Of a stretch of DNA of 64,000 nt, positions 30,717-41,231 are shown in pieces. Under the pieces are notes generated by a model. That model had not been told where the DNA came from and searched no databases. It saw only the letters and a list, made by a program, of their open reading frames with translations. The first letter of the stretch is position 1; each line of letters starts with the position of its first letter. The DNA lies in contig CAVYYI010000001.1 of assembly GCA_963772725.1 (NCBI GenBank), forward strand, positions 576,001 to 640,000. Direction: 5' to 3'. Made by a program: the position numbers and the translations under genes. The DNA is from an uncultured Phycisphaerales bacterium. GTDB taxonomy: Bacteria; Planctomycetota; Phycisphaerae; Sedimentisphaerales; Anaerobacaceae.

Positions 30717-31331
30717 GTGAAAAAATTATCTATAATACTCCTGGTTGTAATGATAAGTACGGTTTCATGCTCAACAAACCATGAAAAAAGTTTCAAAAAA
30801 AGCGAACCAACCGCCTTTCAGCCTAAGCCTCTTTACGACGATTGGAGCAAATGGCTTGTCGGCGAATGGGAAGGCTCCGGCGAATCGAATGCGGGTAAAG
30901 GTAAATACCGGATCAAAGCAGAGATGGGTTTGAACGGCCAATTTCTAATTATAAAAGGCGAAGCTGAGATAGCGGAAATGACTGATGAGCAAAAACGATA
31001 TCTTAAGAATACTTTGCACGCGTCCGATGAAGAAGTTGAAAAATTTCAAAGCTCGACTTTCAAAAGTCTCGAAATTTATACTATTGACCCGAGGACTGGA
31101 GAAGTCGTAGGATATATGTTTGACAGCCTGCGCTGCATCGCCCACGGCAGAGGCAGGCGTGAAGGCAATAAAGAGGTTATGAAATGGGAGTGGTCGGGCA
31201 GCGGGCAGGGGGCTTCAAGCATAAGCACCATAGAAAAGGTCAATAATGATAAATTAATAAGCATCCAAACGTATGCGTTACCGAATGGCGGTACAATGGA
31301 AGATAGAGGGGAAATGATTCGAAAAAAGTGA
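30717..31331 (+). CDS. Hypothetical lipoprotein (beta-barrel-like)
   Basis: GTG start after GAGG; TVSC lipobox; WLVGEWEG motif. Confidence 0.6.
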   Translation: MKKLSIILLVVMISTVSCSTNHEKSFKKSEPTAFQPKPLYDDWSKWLVGEWEGSGESNAGKGKYRIKAEMGLNGQFLIIKGEAEIAEMTDEQKRYLKNTLHASDEEVEKFQSSTFKSLEIYTIDPRTGEVVGYMFDSLRCIAHGRGRREGNKEVMKWEWSGSGQGASSISTIEKVNNDKLISIQTYALPNGGTMEDRGEMIRKK

Positions 31332-31344
31332 CGCTGACTGAGAA

Positions 31345-32031
31345 ATGGGAAAGAAAACGGCAGAAAATACAAAGATAAAAGTCGATAAGGCAGAGGCGGC
31401 AAAAAGAGTCTCGCAGATTTGGCCTATTCTCAGGAAAACATATCCGGACGCGAAAATAGCCCTGAATTTTACAAATCCGCTTGAACTTCTTATAGCGACT
31501 ATTTTGTCGGCACAGTGTACCGACGTTCGTGTCAACATCGTTACAAAAGACATTTTCAGAAAATATAGAACGGCACAGGACTGGGCCAATGCCGATGTAA
31601 AAGAGATAGAGGCTGACATAAAAAGTACCGGATTTTACCGCAATAAGGCAAAAAATATAAAGGCGGCCTGCGTAAAGATAATATCCGATTTTGGCGGCAA
31701 GGTTCCCGCGACGATGGAAGAACTAACCAGCCTTGCCGGTGTGGGCAGAAAAACTGCCAACGTCCTGCTGGGTAATGCTTTTGGTATTCCGGGGATTGCT
31801 TGCGATACGCATGTCATTCGTCTTTCGCGGCGGTTAGGCCTTTCGGAAAACAGCGACCCGGTGAAACTTGAATTTGACCTGAATGAAATTGTTCCCAAAA
31901 AGAACTGGTCGCTGTTCAGCCACCTTTTAATTTTTCACGGCAGGAATATCTGTAAGGCCCCAAAACCACGATGCGGCGAGTGCCCGATTGCGGAATATTG
32001 TCCTGCCGCGAACAGGCCGGATTTATGGTAA
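31345..32031 (+). CDS. nth: Endonuclease III
   Basis: LSAQCTD, LAGVGRKTAN HhH, DTHV, C-terminal CxxxxxxCxxCxxxxxC Fe-S cluster. Confidence 0.95.
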   Translation: MGKKTAENTKIKVDKAEAAKRVSQIWPILRKTYPDAKIALNFTNPLELLIATILSAQCTDVRVNIVTKDIFRKYRTAQDWANADVKEIEADIKSTGFYRNKAKNIKAACVKIISDFGGKVPATMEELTSLAGVGRKTANVLLGNAFGIPGIACDTHVIRLSRRLGLSENSDPVKLEFDLNEIVPKKNWSLFSHLLIFHGRNICKAPKPRCGECPIAEYCPAANRPDLW

Positions 32032-32121
32032 TATGGTATGAAAAGATTTCTATTGGCTGAACCTGAAAATAACCGATTACAGAATATAAGAGTTATAGAT
32101 GATGCAATTGAAGGAGATGAT

Positions 32122-32812
32122 ATGCAGGAACAGTTAGAGAATCCCGTACAGGATTTGTGGCGAATATTCAGGATAATGGCCGAATTTACGGAAGGTTTTC
32201 AGGAGATGTCCAACCTTGGCCCGGCGGTTTCGATTTTTGGTTCGGCTCGCATACCTCCGAATAAGAATTATTATAAACTGGCACATCAAACCGCTGTTGA
32301 ACTGGTAAAAGCGGGATTTTCGGTAATTACCGGCGGCGGGGGCGGGATTATGGAGGCGGCCAATAAAGGTGCTGCTGATGCGGGTGGAAGAAGTATTGGC
32401 CTTAATATCGAAATTCCTCTTGAGCAGATTCCGAATAAATATCAGAATATTTCACTTCATTTCAGATACTTTTTTTGCCGCAAGGTAATGTTTCTGAAAT
32501 ACGCGCAACGGATTTATAGTTTTTCCCGGGGGCTTCGGGACCCTGGACGAATTTTTCGAAGCCTTGGTTCTCATTCAGACATTAAGAGAGGCCAGTTTCC
32601 CTGTGATTTTAATGGGTAGTGATTACTGGGACGGCCTGATTAAATGGATAACTGAAAAAATGCTCAACGAGTGCAAGTTTATTCTTCCTAACGATATGAA
32701 AGTTTTCACAGTGGTGGATAAGCCGGAAGAGGCGATAAAAATCATACTGGACTTCAAGGAATCGCAGGGCCGCATAGGAATTGAACTGCCGCCCGGAATG
32801 AAAAAAACATAA
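32122..32812 (+). CDS. LOG family Rossmann-fold protein (frameshift near 32505)
   Basis: FGSAR, TGGGGGIMEAAN, RYFFCRK; PGGFGTLDE in alternate frame; AAGGAG RBS. Confidence 0.88.
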
Positions 32813-32843
32813 GAATCAGACGCGGATTAACACTGTATCAGGT

Positions 32844-34628
32844 TTAAGAAGGTCGGGTTTTTTCCATCGCGTCGCTTAAGTGCTTAAGTAAATAATTTTT
32901 ATCAGGTCCGCCAAGATGTTCCCATGGCAGAATTTCGCTGGTATCAAATCGCCTTTGTGCGGAGGCATCGATGCTCATCCCGAATTTCTCAAACGCCGCC
33001 TGCCATTTTGCGTAGTCGAAATATTCATCCCACAAATCGAATTTTGCACCATTTTTCCATGCCTGCTCGACAACGTCACACAAACGCCTGTCAGCTCTGC
33101 CGATGGCGGATTCGAGAATACTGCGTTCAATATGGTGAAATTTGAACTGCAGAAATCTTGCGTTCAATTTTCTTTTTTCGTCAATTATTATTTTCTTGGC
33201 ATTCTCAAAATAATCTTTGGACTTTTGCCCTATCCAGCCTAAGGGAGTGTGCGCCTTTGGGACGAACCAGCTTACGGCAGCATTTATATTGGCGGTTTTA
33301 TTGTCGAATTTTTTTCTCAGCCGCGCCAACTCATAAGACAAATGAACAATCTGCCGTATATCATCCTCAGTTTCACCAGGCAGACCAACCATAAAATACA
33401 GCTTCAATTTCTGCCAGCCTGCCTGATAAGCCGCCTCAACTCCGGCAAATAAATCTTCATTCTTAAGTGGTTTATTAACTATCAGTCTTACCCTTTCGCT
33501 TGCCGCTTCGACGGCGATGGTCAGGCCGCCTTTACGTACGGAAGACATCAATTCAGGCAAGAGCTTTAATTGCTGGTCAACACGCAGACTCGGCAGCGAC
33601 AGCCCGACATATTTCTCGTGAAGATATTCGTGTAGCTCGGTAACCAGTTTATCGAGATTGGGATATTCAGCGGTTGATAAACTTAGCAGGCTTACCGTAT
33701 CAAATCCGGTTGAATGATAACACGCCTTTGCGATTTCAAGGATTTTATCAATGCTGCGATAACGGATAGGTCTTCTGCAGAAGCTCGCCTGGCAGAATAG
33801 GCATCGCCCCGGGCAGCCTCGCATAATCTCTACGCTGACCCTTTCGTGTACAGCCTCGGTAAAAGGTACTATCGGTTTTAGTGGTACCGGGGCGTTGTCA
33901 AAATCCTCAACAACAGCGTTTCGGAATTTTACCGGCAGTTCCGGCAAAATCGGTGCAAAACTTTTTATCTTTTCGCCGTTATATTCAAATCTATAAAACG
34001 CGGGCACGTACACCCAATCGAATTTTTTCGCAGCCTTGAACAGAATGTCATTTTTAGCTGTCCCGGCCTTTTTCTCCGCCTTAATCAGATTTGCAAGTTC
34101 GATGACAGCATCTTCGCCCTCACCGATCAAAAACAGGTCGATAAAATCTGCCAGGGGCTCACAGCAGTTGGCCATCCCACCGCCGGCGATTATCAAAGGG
34201 TCGTCTTCATTTCGCATACTGCTTCGGATATTCAAGCCGCCGAGGTTAAGCATATTCAGGACATTTGTATAACAAAGCTCATTTGTCAGGCTAAATCCGA
34301 CTAAATCGAAACTTTTTAACGCCACTCTCGATTCGAGACTAAAAAGAGCAATCCCCTTTTGCCTCATAATCATCTCGGCGTCAATCCAGGGTGCAAAAAC
34401 CCGTTCAGCCGCAAAACCGTCTATCCTGTTCAGGATATCGTATATGATAGCAATTCCTGTGTTGCTCATCGCGATTTCATAAATATCTGGAAAGCATAAC
34501 GCGACGGTCAAATCGCATCGGTTAAGATTCTTTTTAACCTGGTTTATTTCTCCGCCGATATACCTGCCCGGCGCTCGCACAAACGGTAGAAAATCCCGTT
34601 CAATTTGTTCATCAAGTATTGTTATCAT
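32844..34628 (-). CDS. B12-binding radical SAM protein (TIGR03960-like)
   Basis: PGRYIGGE, FPDIYEIAMS, RGCPGRCLFCQA, YFMVGLP, LPWEH. Confidence 0.85.
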   Translation of the reverse strand: MITILDEQIERDFLPFVRAPGRYIGGEINQVKKNLNRCDLTVALCFPDIYEIAMSNTGIAIIYDILNRIDGFAAERVFAPWIDAEMIMRQKGIALFSLESRVALKSFDLVGFSLTNELCYTNVLNMLNLGGLNIRSSMRNEDDPLIIAGGGMANCCEPLADFIDLFLIGEGEDAVIELANLIKAEKKAGTAKNDILFKAAKKFDWVYVPAFYRFEYNGEKIKSFAPILPELPVKFRNAVVEDFDNAPVPLKPIVPFTEAVHERVSVEIMRGCPGRCLFCQASFCRRPIRYRSIDKILEIAKACYHSTGFDTVSLLSLSTAEYPNLDKLVTELHEYLHEKYVGLSLPSLRVDQQLKLLPELMSSVRKGGLTIAVEAASERVRLIVNKPLKNEDLFAGVEAAYQAGWQKLKLYFMVGLPGETEDDIRQIVHLSYELARLRKKFDNKTANINAAVSWFVPKAHTPLGWIGQKSKDYFENAKKIIIDEKRKLNARFLQFKFHHIERSILESAIGRADRRLCDVVEQAWKNGAKFDLWDEYFDYAKWQAAFEKFGMSIDASAQRRFDTSEILPWEHLGGPDKNYLLKHLSDAMEKTRPS

Positions 34629-34677
34629 ATTCTCATTTATCGCGGTATTATACACCTGACTGCTGAAACAAATAAAT

Positions 34678-34707
34678 AAAGCCCAGTTTTTATTCAAACT
34701 GGGCTTT
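34678..34707. terminator. Intrinsic terminator hairpin
   Basis: AAAGCCCAGTTT-TTATTC-AAACTGGGCTTT perfect 12-bp stem downstream of 34739-35161. Confidence 0.7.
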
Positions 34708-34738
34708 ACTGGTTTTTGATTTTAAATGTTGTTATTCC

Positions 34739-35161
34739 TTATTGCGTATTTCCAGAGATAGCTTTCTTTCTCTCATCCTCTATTTTGCTGTACTTGCACT
34801 TAGGACATTTGTCAGGAAAATCGTTTTTTACCGCTCCTGCCTCAAAAACAAGGCCGCATTTTCCACATTTTACAGCGGCATAAGCGCTTGGTTGTCCACA
34901 TTTCTCGCATTTCAACGCTGGTGTTTCCATTGCCATCGGGCTCACATTTTTTCGCATATATTCATAGTAAGCCTTTTTGTCCATCTCGTATTCGGCCTTG
35001 CAGCTGGGATTCCGGCATAGTACCCACATTTTTTGTCCTTCCAGAAGGGTCAATGGGTCGGTACTGCTCGGGCTGTTAGTAAAGTAGTAAACTCCACCAG
35101 CCGCTGCCAGGCACACTACGCTAATTCCGATCATAAGTATTTTTTTCTGACTGTCTTCCAT
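34739..35161 (-). CDS. Membrane-anchored multi-CxxC zinc-ribbon hypothetical protein
   Basis: N-terminal TM helix; CRNPSC, CEKC, CGKC, CPKC. Confidence 0.7.
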   Translation of the reverse strand: MEDSQKKILMIGISVVCLAAAGGVYYFTNSPSSTDPLTLLEGQKMWVLCRNPSCKAEYEMDKKAYYEYMRKNVSPMAMETPALKCEKCGQPSAYAAVKCGKCGLVFEAGAVKNDFPDKCPKCKYSKIEDERKKAISGNTQ

Positions 35162-35336
35162 TCCATTATCTCCAAAAAGTCTAAACAATAATATTATTGG
35201 AAACTAATAACAACAGATTATTACTAATCATCACATTTGTCAAATGCTTATTTGGGCTGTTATTAACATTTTTTCTGATGCCTAAACGATAACATCCTGC
35301 CGATAAAGAAATTATATTTAGTCGTACAAATAAACT

Positions 35337-36296
35337 TTACGCATTTGATGAATTAATGTTCTTTAGCAGCGGCTGATAAAATCGCTTAGGTTTTGGTCCA
35401 AGAGTATTTCTGAGCATACCCAGTTTTTCGATAGAGCATTCGATATTGTCGCCTGCTTCGAGGAAATCGCCTTTAGCCATCGCTACGCCTGCCGGTGTGC
35501 CTGTCGCGATTATATCGCCCGGTTCGAGCGTCATAATGTGGCTTACAAAAGAAACGACCTGGTCAACCGGAAAAATCATTTCACCGGTATTGGCTTTTTG
35601 CCGTATTTTGCCATTAACGGTAAGGGTCATATCGAGGCTCTGAACGTCATCAACCTCATCAGCGGTTAATAAATAAGGCCCCATCGGGCAAAAACCGTCG
35701 GCCCATTTCCCGTTGAGCCAGTCGTAAAATTCATCCCACGGACGTTGTGTTCTGCCTTTTGCGAAGGTAACGCTGCGTGCGGAAACATCATTGGCGATTG
35801 TATAGCCCGCTACAAAATCAAGTGCGTTTTGCGGTTTAACGCATTTGGCGTAACTGCCGATTACAACGGCCAATTCGGACTCATAATCAATCTGCTCGCT
35901 ATAAGATGGCCAGGGGATTTCCTCGTTTGGGCCGATTACAGCGGTAGAGGGCATAAGAAAAGGGCGGGGAACAGTGGTTTCCCGTGGCGAGGCTGACAAT
36001 CCCAGCGCCTTACCGACCTCTTTAATATGCTGTGAGTAGTTGCCTGCAAGGGCGATAACTTTTCCCGGCCTGGGAATCGGCGCAAGAATAGAGGCCGAAT
36101 CCACTGGAATAAACTTTCTGGCCGAATGTGTAAGTTCTTCTATTTTCTTCGTACATTCCGGCCCTTGTTCGAGAATTTCTTTAACGCTGCGGGGGAAATC
36201 TGGTTCCTTAAAGGCGGATGGAATATCAATTATACCCTGTTCAGCGAGTATTCCGCATGAAATCGCATTATTTTTCGAATATGTTACAAGTTTCAT
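35337..36296 (-). CDS. Fumarylacetoacetate hydrolase family protein
   Basis: NYSQH, DYESEL, NDVSAR, PGDIIATGTPAGV. Confidence 0.92.
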   Translation of the reverse strand: MKLVTYSKNNAISCGILAEQGIIDIPSAFKEPDFPRSVKEILEQGPECTKKIEELTHSARKFIPVDSASILAPIPRPGKVIALAGNYSQHIKEVGKALGLSASPRETTVPRPFLMPSTAVIGPNEEIPWPSYSEQIDYESELAVVIGSYAKCVKPQNALDFVAGYTIANDVSARSVTFAKGRTQRPWDEFYDWLNGKWADGFCPMGPYLLTADEVDDVQSLDMTLTVNGKIRQKANTGEMIFPVDQVVSFVSHIMTLEPGDIIATGTPAGVAMAKGDFLEAGDNIECSIEKLGMLRNTLGPKPKRFYQPLLKNINSSNA

Positions 36297-36461
36297 TTGT
36301 TTATCTCAGGTTTTTCTTAAAAACAGTATTTAACAGATAATAACAAAAATAACTTGAATTTACAGCAGAAAACCCTTCTAATATTTGTTTTATCGCGGCT
36401 GTTATCAATGATTTTATAATACTCGGGTTTTACCGCGTATTTTAATTTAGGATTCAAAAAA

Positions 36462-37223
36462 ATGGATTGGAAAAATTTCTGGGCTAAAATAAAAAACTGG
36501 TTTAATGCCGATGGAATGAAGGAAAATGATTATTACCCGTCCCTCGATAAGCAGGGTCTGATGAATATTAACGACGAGGCACCCGTTGTAACACAGCAGG
36601 GCAGGGCGGAACCGAAAGGGGTTATTGTTAAAACCATTCACTCGACCGACAAAACCCAATCCCTCGAAAAACTGCAGGAGGGATTTAATACTCTTCTCGA
36701 CCAGCTCAAAAATATAAATGAGCAACTTGGTCAGCAGGTTGTGCAGCACGACAACCTTATGAAGCACCTCGAAATGATGCCTAAATTGCTCGAAAGTTTT
36801 CCTGACATCATTACAAATCAGGGACGTTTCACTGAGCAAATGCTCGAAAATCTCAAAGTGACTACCGCTAAAACCCAGTGTTTTATCGACGCTGTCGAGA
36901 AGATTCCCGCGGAGACAGCCAGACAGACCAGCGCTCTATCGAGCATAGACCATCAGCTTGCCGCGGCGGCGGATGCGGACGCACAAATGGCGGAGACTTT
37001 CAACAAATTCTCGGCGACACTCGAAAAAATGGACCGCAGTCTCGGCTCTCAGACCGAAGGCATCGCGCAGATGACCAAAACATTTGCGGCCAGCGACAGG
37101 TACCTAAAGTATCTTATAACAAGGCAAAACAAACGCTTTATGTGGATATTTATCACCGCTGTTGCCGTCTGTATTTTTGTTATTTTTACCTTTGCCGGGA
37201 TTATTGTGTACCTTCGGCGGTAA
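36462..37223 (+). CDS. Hypothetical coiled-coil protein with C-terminal membrane anchor
   Basis: 253-aa ORF, heptad-rich, hydrophobic C-terminus. Confidence 0.7.
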   Translation: MDWKNFWAKIKNWFNADGMKENDYYPSLDKQGLMNINDEAPVVTQQGRAEPKGVIVKTIHSTDKTQSLEKLQEGFNTLLDQLKNINEQLGQQVVQHDNLMKHLEMMPKLLESFPDIITNQGRFTEQMLENLKVTTAKTQCFIDAVEKIPAETARQTSALSSIDHQLAAAADADAQMAETFNKFSATLEKMDRSLGSQTEGIAQMTKTFAASDRYLKYLITRQNKRFMWIFITAVAVCIFVIFTFAGIIVYLRR

Positions 37224-37306
37224 ATTTCAATATTTCAAAATGTCCAATTTCAAGTAAATGATTCGTCAATTGACGGTCTTTGGTTATGACATATAACGCG
37301 GATGTT

Positions 37307-38014
37307 ATGGAAAGATATTTTGCGGGTAAAAAGTGTGTGGTATTGACGAGGGAGGAGGTTCGTGCGGTTGACCAGTGGGCAATAAAAACGCTCGGAATTC
37401 CGGGTGTGGTTCTGATGGAAAACGCGGGGAGAAGCTGTGCGGAATTAATCAGGGAAAAATTGGCGGATATTGCTGAACCGAAGGTGTGTATTTTCTGCGG
37501 AACAGGCAATAACGGGGGCGACGGATATGTAATTGCAAGACACCTGCTGAACAGCAAATTCGAGGTTGTCGTGGTTGTATGCGGCGACTGTGAGAAAATA
37601 AAGGGCGACGCGAAGATAAATCTTGATGTTTTGGAGCGGATGGGGCAGCGTATAGAAATTATGCAAATGGAAGATGGTGATATTGCCAGACAAGTTGAAA
37701 TGTATGCAGCCGGAGCGGATATGATAGTTGACGCCATTTTCGGGACGGGATTGGAAGGTGAAGTTAAGCCCGCTTATAAAATACTGATAGAAAGTATAAA
37801 CGCACAGCGGTGTCCAATTTTAGCAGTAGATATCCCATCCGGCCTCAACTGCAACAGCGGTATTTCTTTGGGGGCAGCGATAAGGGCGGCATACACTATA
37901 ACATTTGTGGCGGTAAAAAAGGGATTTGTCATTGCCGCTGAGGCGGAGAAATATACAGGTGAAATCTATGTTGCCTCTATCGGCGTCAAACCGCCGGTAA
38001 GTATTTCAGGTTAA
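37307..38014 (+). CDS. nnrE: NAD(P)H-hydrate epimerase (YjeF N-terminal domain)
   Basis: LMENAG, GNNGGDG, DAIFGTG, AVDIPSG. Confidence 0.9.
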   Translation: MERYFAGKKCVVLTREEVRAVDQWAIKTLGIPGVVLMENAGRSCAELIREKLADIAEPKVCIFCGTGNNGGDGYVIARHLLNSKFEVVVVVCGDCEKIKGDAKINLDVLERMGQRIEIMQMEDGDIARQVEMYAAGADMIVDAIFGTGLEGEVKPAYKILIESINAQRCPILAVDIPSGLNCNSGISLGAAIRAAYTITFVAVKKGFVIAAEAEKYTGEIYVASIGVKPPVSISG

Positions 38015-38142
38015 TATTCAGCAGGTCGAATCGGGCTTTATCTCATCTTTTGCCACAAGTCGTAAACTTTCTGATAGTGTTTATGTGTAGCATCAGCCAG
38101 AAGGGCAAGAACCTTATTATGTATTCTCAATAACGAGTATTT

Positions 38143-38610
38143 TTACTGAGGTTTTTCGCCGATTCGCTGCGACCATAGGCGTCCGTCTTTTTGGAATTCG
38201 ACGTTGTCTTTGTGTATTTTTACAATTTTGACACCGTCTATTACCATTCCTTCATTTACAAGTTTTCCGCTGACCACCGCGACGGGCTTGTCTTCGCTGT
38301 ACAGTATTCCTGTTATAACGCCATAGTTTTTGTTCACTACTTTTTGGACAAACGGAATTTTTTTACCCATTCCCCAGAGGTCAAAAATAGAATTGGTCAT
38401 AATACATTTGTTAAGCGGGGTGCCTTTCTCACAGACAATTCCGTTGTACACGATGTTGAGCGTTAAAAGAGTCGCAAGAATCAAAACACAGAAAAGTAAC
38501 TTGTTTACCGGCTTTTTTTGCAGCTTCTTCGTGTGGAAAGAAGCCGTTGAAGGTCTTATAACCTCTGTCTTGACCGCTGTTACTTCCTGTCCAATATATT
38601 TTAGTGCCAT
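38143..38610 (-). CDS. Hypothetical single-TM protein with GspB/PilP-like C-terminal beta domain
   Basis: TM helix then GILYSEDKPVAVVSGKLVNEGMVIDGVKIVKIHKDNVEF. Confidence 0.55.
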   Translation of the reverse strand: MALKYIGQEVTAVKTEVIRPSTASFHTKKLQKKPVNKLLFCVLILATLLTLNIVYNGIVCEKGTPLNKCIMTNSIFDLWGMGKKIPFVQKVVNKNYGVITGILYSEDKPVAVVSGKLVNEGMVIDGVKIVKIHKDNVEFQKDGRLWSQRIGEKPQ

Positions 38611-38723
38611 TTTCCACCTGTTATTTTCCGATAAGTGTATATATTTATGTCGGCTTGATAGGAGCAGAGAATTAGCTTATTTTACGAGGTATTTGAAAGT
38701 TTACCAAATACGAAGTATCAGGC

Positions 38724-40165
38724 TTAAAATGCGCCAGGTGTTTCGGACATCGAGTGGTATCCGATAAGATACAGGAATCTTTCAAAATTCAGCACTGGCA
38801 CCCAAAGCGATTTTGCACGGCTGACCACGTCGTTATAATGCTGGTTTTCTTTTATGGAGTTATTGTATTTTTCCATAGCCTGGGGATATACCTCGAGTTC
38901 TTCGAGAGTTGGCTTTTGCAATACGACGGGTGGTTCACCAAGAACGACAAAATCTGCATTTACGGTAACAGTGTCATCAACAGTCCCGCCCCATTTTTGT
39001 ATAAGTTCCTTAATTTTTTCTGTGCCGTGATTACCGATGTTTTTGCCGCCCAGGTTGAAAATGCCCGCAACGACAAAGACATTGCTCCTGTTACTGTCCC
39101 AGATGAGGTTCGCGACGATATCCCCGGCAATAATGGGTCTTTTAATCTCAGAACGCAGGATTCTGGCCGAAGAGATGTTCTTCTGGACGTCAAATATCTC
39201 AATTTCAGCTTTGCCTTTGCCGTCTGCGGGGATAGGCGTATCTTTATCGTAAACGGAGAGGGTCAGTCCTCGATACACCTTATCATCGCTTCCCATATTA
39301 AGACGAACAATTTTAGTCTGGTTATCGATAAGTATGATTTTCCCATCAGGTTTGTACGCTGCAACATTGGAATCCGGCAGAGGTTTAATCTCAGTAAGTT
39401 CTTTTAATGCAAGCTGCATTCTGTTTTCGGCCTGTTTTAATTCAGCCTGCGTTTTCAAAAATTGTTCATTGATGCTGTTTCGATTAGCTCTTTCCTCGTC
39501 CAGTTGGGTAATAAGTGTTGTTACACGCTGTTCAGAGGTTTGGTTCAGAAGTTCTTTGAGTTTATCATAATCGGTTTTTATGCTGTTGACCAGTTGTTCA
39601 TCCTTTGTTTTTTGCTCAAGCAGTTCCTGTTCCTTTTGCATACTTACGGCGGAGGTTTTTTCGAAGTTGTTCTGGAGTTCGGCGAGCTGCCCCTAAGAGC
39701 AGAATCAGATTTCCTGGTGTTATCGAGAGTTGTTTTTAACTGCTCAATTATACGCACAAGACCGGTGCCATTCGGGTCGTTGGGTTCTACGCTAATTTGT
39801 TCCTGGGCAAGCTGCGTCAGAAGATTTTTAAACTTCGTATCGACCGATTTTATTTTCACTTCGGCGGAAGTTTCTTCCAATTGTCCACCGAGAACAAGAC
39901 GCACCATGTGGTCGAGGTAATCGACCATTGTACCAACGGTGCTTTTACTGCCTTGTTTGGCTCCGACAATAGCGCCTATTTTTTGTCGTTCTTTGGAGTT
40001 GGCCATTTCGTCGAGTTGGGTTTGAGCGGTGGATACGATAGTTCTTTGCTGCTCGACTTTGACGTAATAGACAATAGCGAAAGCGGTTGAGACTATGAAA
40101 AGCCCCACAAACGTTATTAACGTATAAAGCATAGCGTTACTTGCCGGTCTTCTGCCTGCTGGCAT
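38724..40165 (-). CDS. Membrane-anchored coiled-coil protein with C-terminal BRCT-like domain (frameshifted near 39650-39690)
   Basis: N-terminal TM, long coiled coil, DGKI..LNMGSDDKV, IQKWGGTV..DFVVLG..VPVLNFERFL. Confidence 0.6.
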
Positions 40166-40316
40166 ATAAAACTCCTTAGAAACAGTGTAAACTTAGATAA
40201 ACTACAGCATTTAGACCATTCATTATCGTCTAAAAATAGCCCAAAGTCAACAAAAAAACGGAAAATGGGTAACTTTTGGCAGGGTAAAAAGATTTTTCCC
40301 GTTTTTCTTAAAATAA

Positions 40317-41009
40317 TCAAAGTCTTTTTAAGAGGTTAGGTAATTGTGATAAATCGCTAATTATGTGCCTTGCGGCGGCATTTGGCTCGGTTGATGACCC
40401 TGTATGTATCCTGCGAGGCCGCAAAATCTGGATTGTTTTAATTCCTAATTTGTTTGGGCCGATAAAATCCTTAGTTTCGTTATCGGCGATATAAACGGTA
40501 TTTTCCGGGGCGGCGTTAAGGGTTTTCATAATTTTTTCAAAGCCGACTGTGGATGGTTTCCAGAATTGCCTGCCGAGCTGCTCGGTGTAGATTATGGATT
40601 GAAAATATTGTTCGAGATTGAGGGCGTTAACTTTAAGCTGCTGCGTTGGCAAAAAACCATCTGTAAGCAGTCCGAGAATGTATTTTTGTCTGAGGAGAAA
40701 CAGAATATCCCTGCTTTCCTGGGGCAAAGATAACGTCGGGATGTGGCTGCGATAAACAGTAATTAGTTTGGCGATGAAATCATCGTTATTGATGGATGGC
40801 GGCAAATTGAGGTTATTTAGAGCGGCGTTGAAAGTTTTTGTGCGGTTGCCGGCAGAAAATTGCTCCCATAACGTGTCGAAGCAATTTTTCGCAGTTAGAC
40901 GGTTATGGGACGCTGCGAGGAACTCGGCCACAGCGGCAAAGCCGCTCCGGCAGTATTCAACTTCGTCGTAGAGCGTATCATCAAGGTCGAAAATAACAGT
41001 TGTTATCAT
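40317..41009 (-). CDS. HAD-superfamily hydrolase
   Basis: FDLDDTLY motif I, LTDG, KP, ADN..KDF. Confidence 0.9.
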   Translation of the reverse strand: MITTVIFDLDDTLYDEVEYCRSGFAAVAEFLAASHNRLTAKNCFDTLWEQFSAGNRTKTFNAALNNLNLPPSINNDDFIAKLITVYRSHIPTLSLPQESRDILFLLRQKYILGLLTDGFLPTQQLKVNALNLEQYFQSIIYTEQLGRQFWKPSTVGFEKIMKTLNAAPENTVYIADNETKDFIGPNKLGIKTIQILRPRRIHTGSSTEPNAAARHIISDLSQLPNLLKRL

Positions 41010-41130
41010 AAATTATATCCCGCAAAGTAATCGCAGAGCTATACACCTTATGGTTATTAGAGTATAATCTTACGCATTATCGGCGTTAATGTCGATACTT
41101 TTAATATTGTGTGAGTTTAAGATTTTTTTA

Positions 41131-41195
41131 TGTCATTCCCGCGAAAGCGGGAATCCACTTTACTAAAATGGATACCTGCTTTCGCAGGTATGACA
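41131..41195. repeat. dRS3-like double palindrome
   Basis: TGTCATTCCCGCGAAAGCGGGAATCCA ... TGGATACCTGCTTTCGCAGGTATGACA (ATTCCC-N8-GGGAAT unit and its inverted partner). Confidence 0.85.
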
Positions 41196-41231
41196 AGTCG
41201 TAACCGGACACCAATTTGGAAAGGGTAGGCT

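Noticed and set aside
35283..35306. GCCGATAA sigma28-like -10 box
   Set aside because: Spacing to TAAA is wrong and it points antisense to the flanking genes
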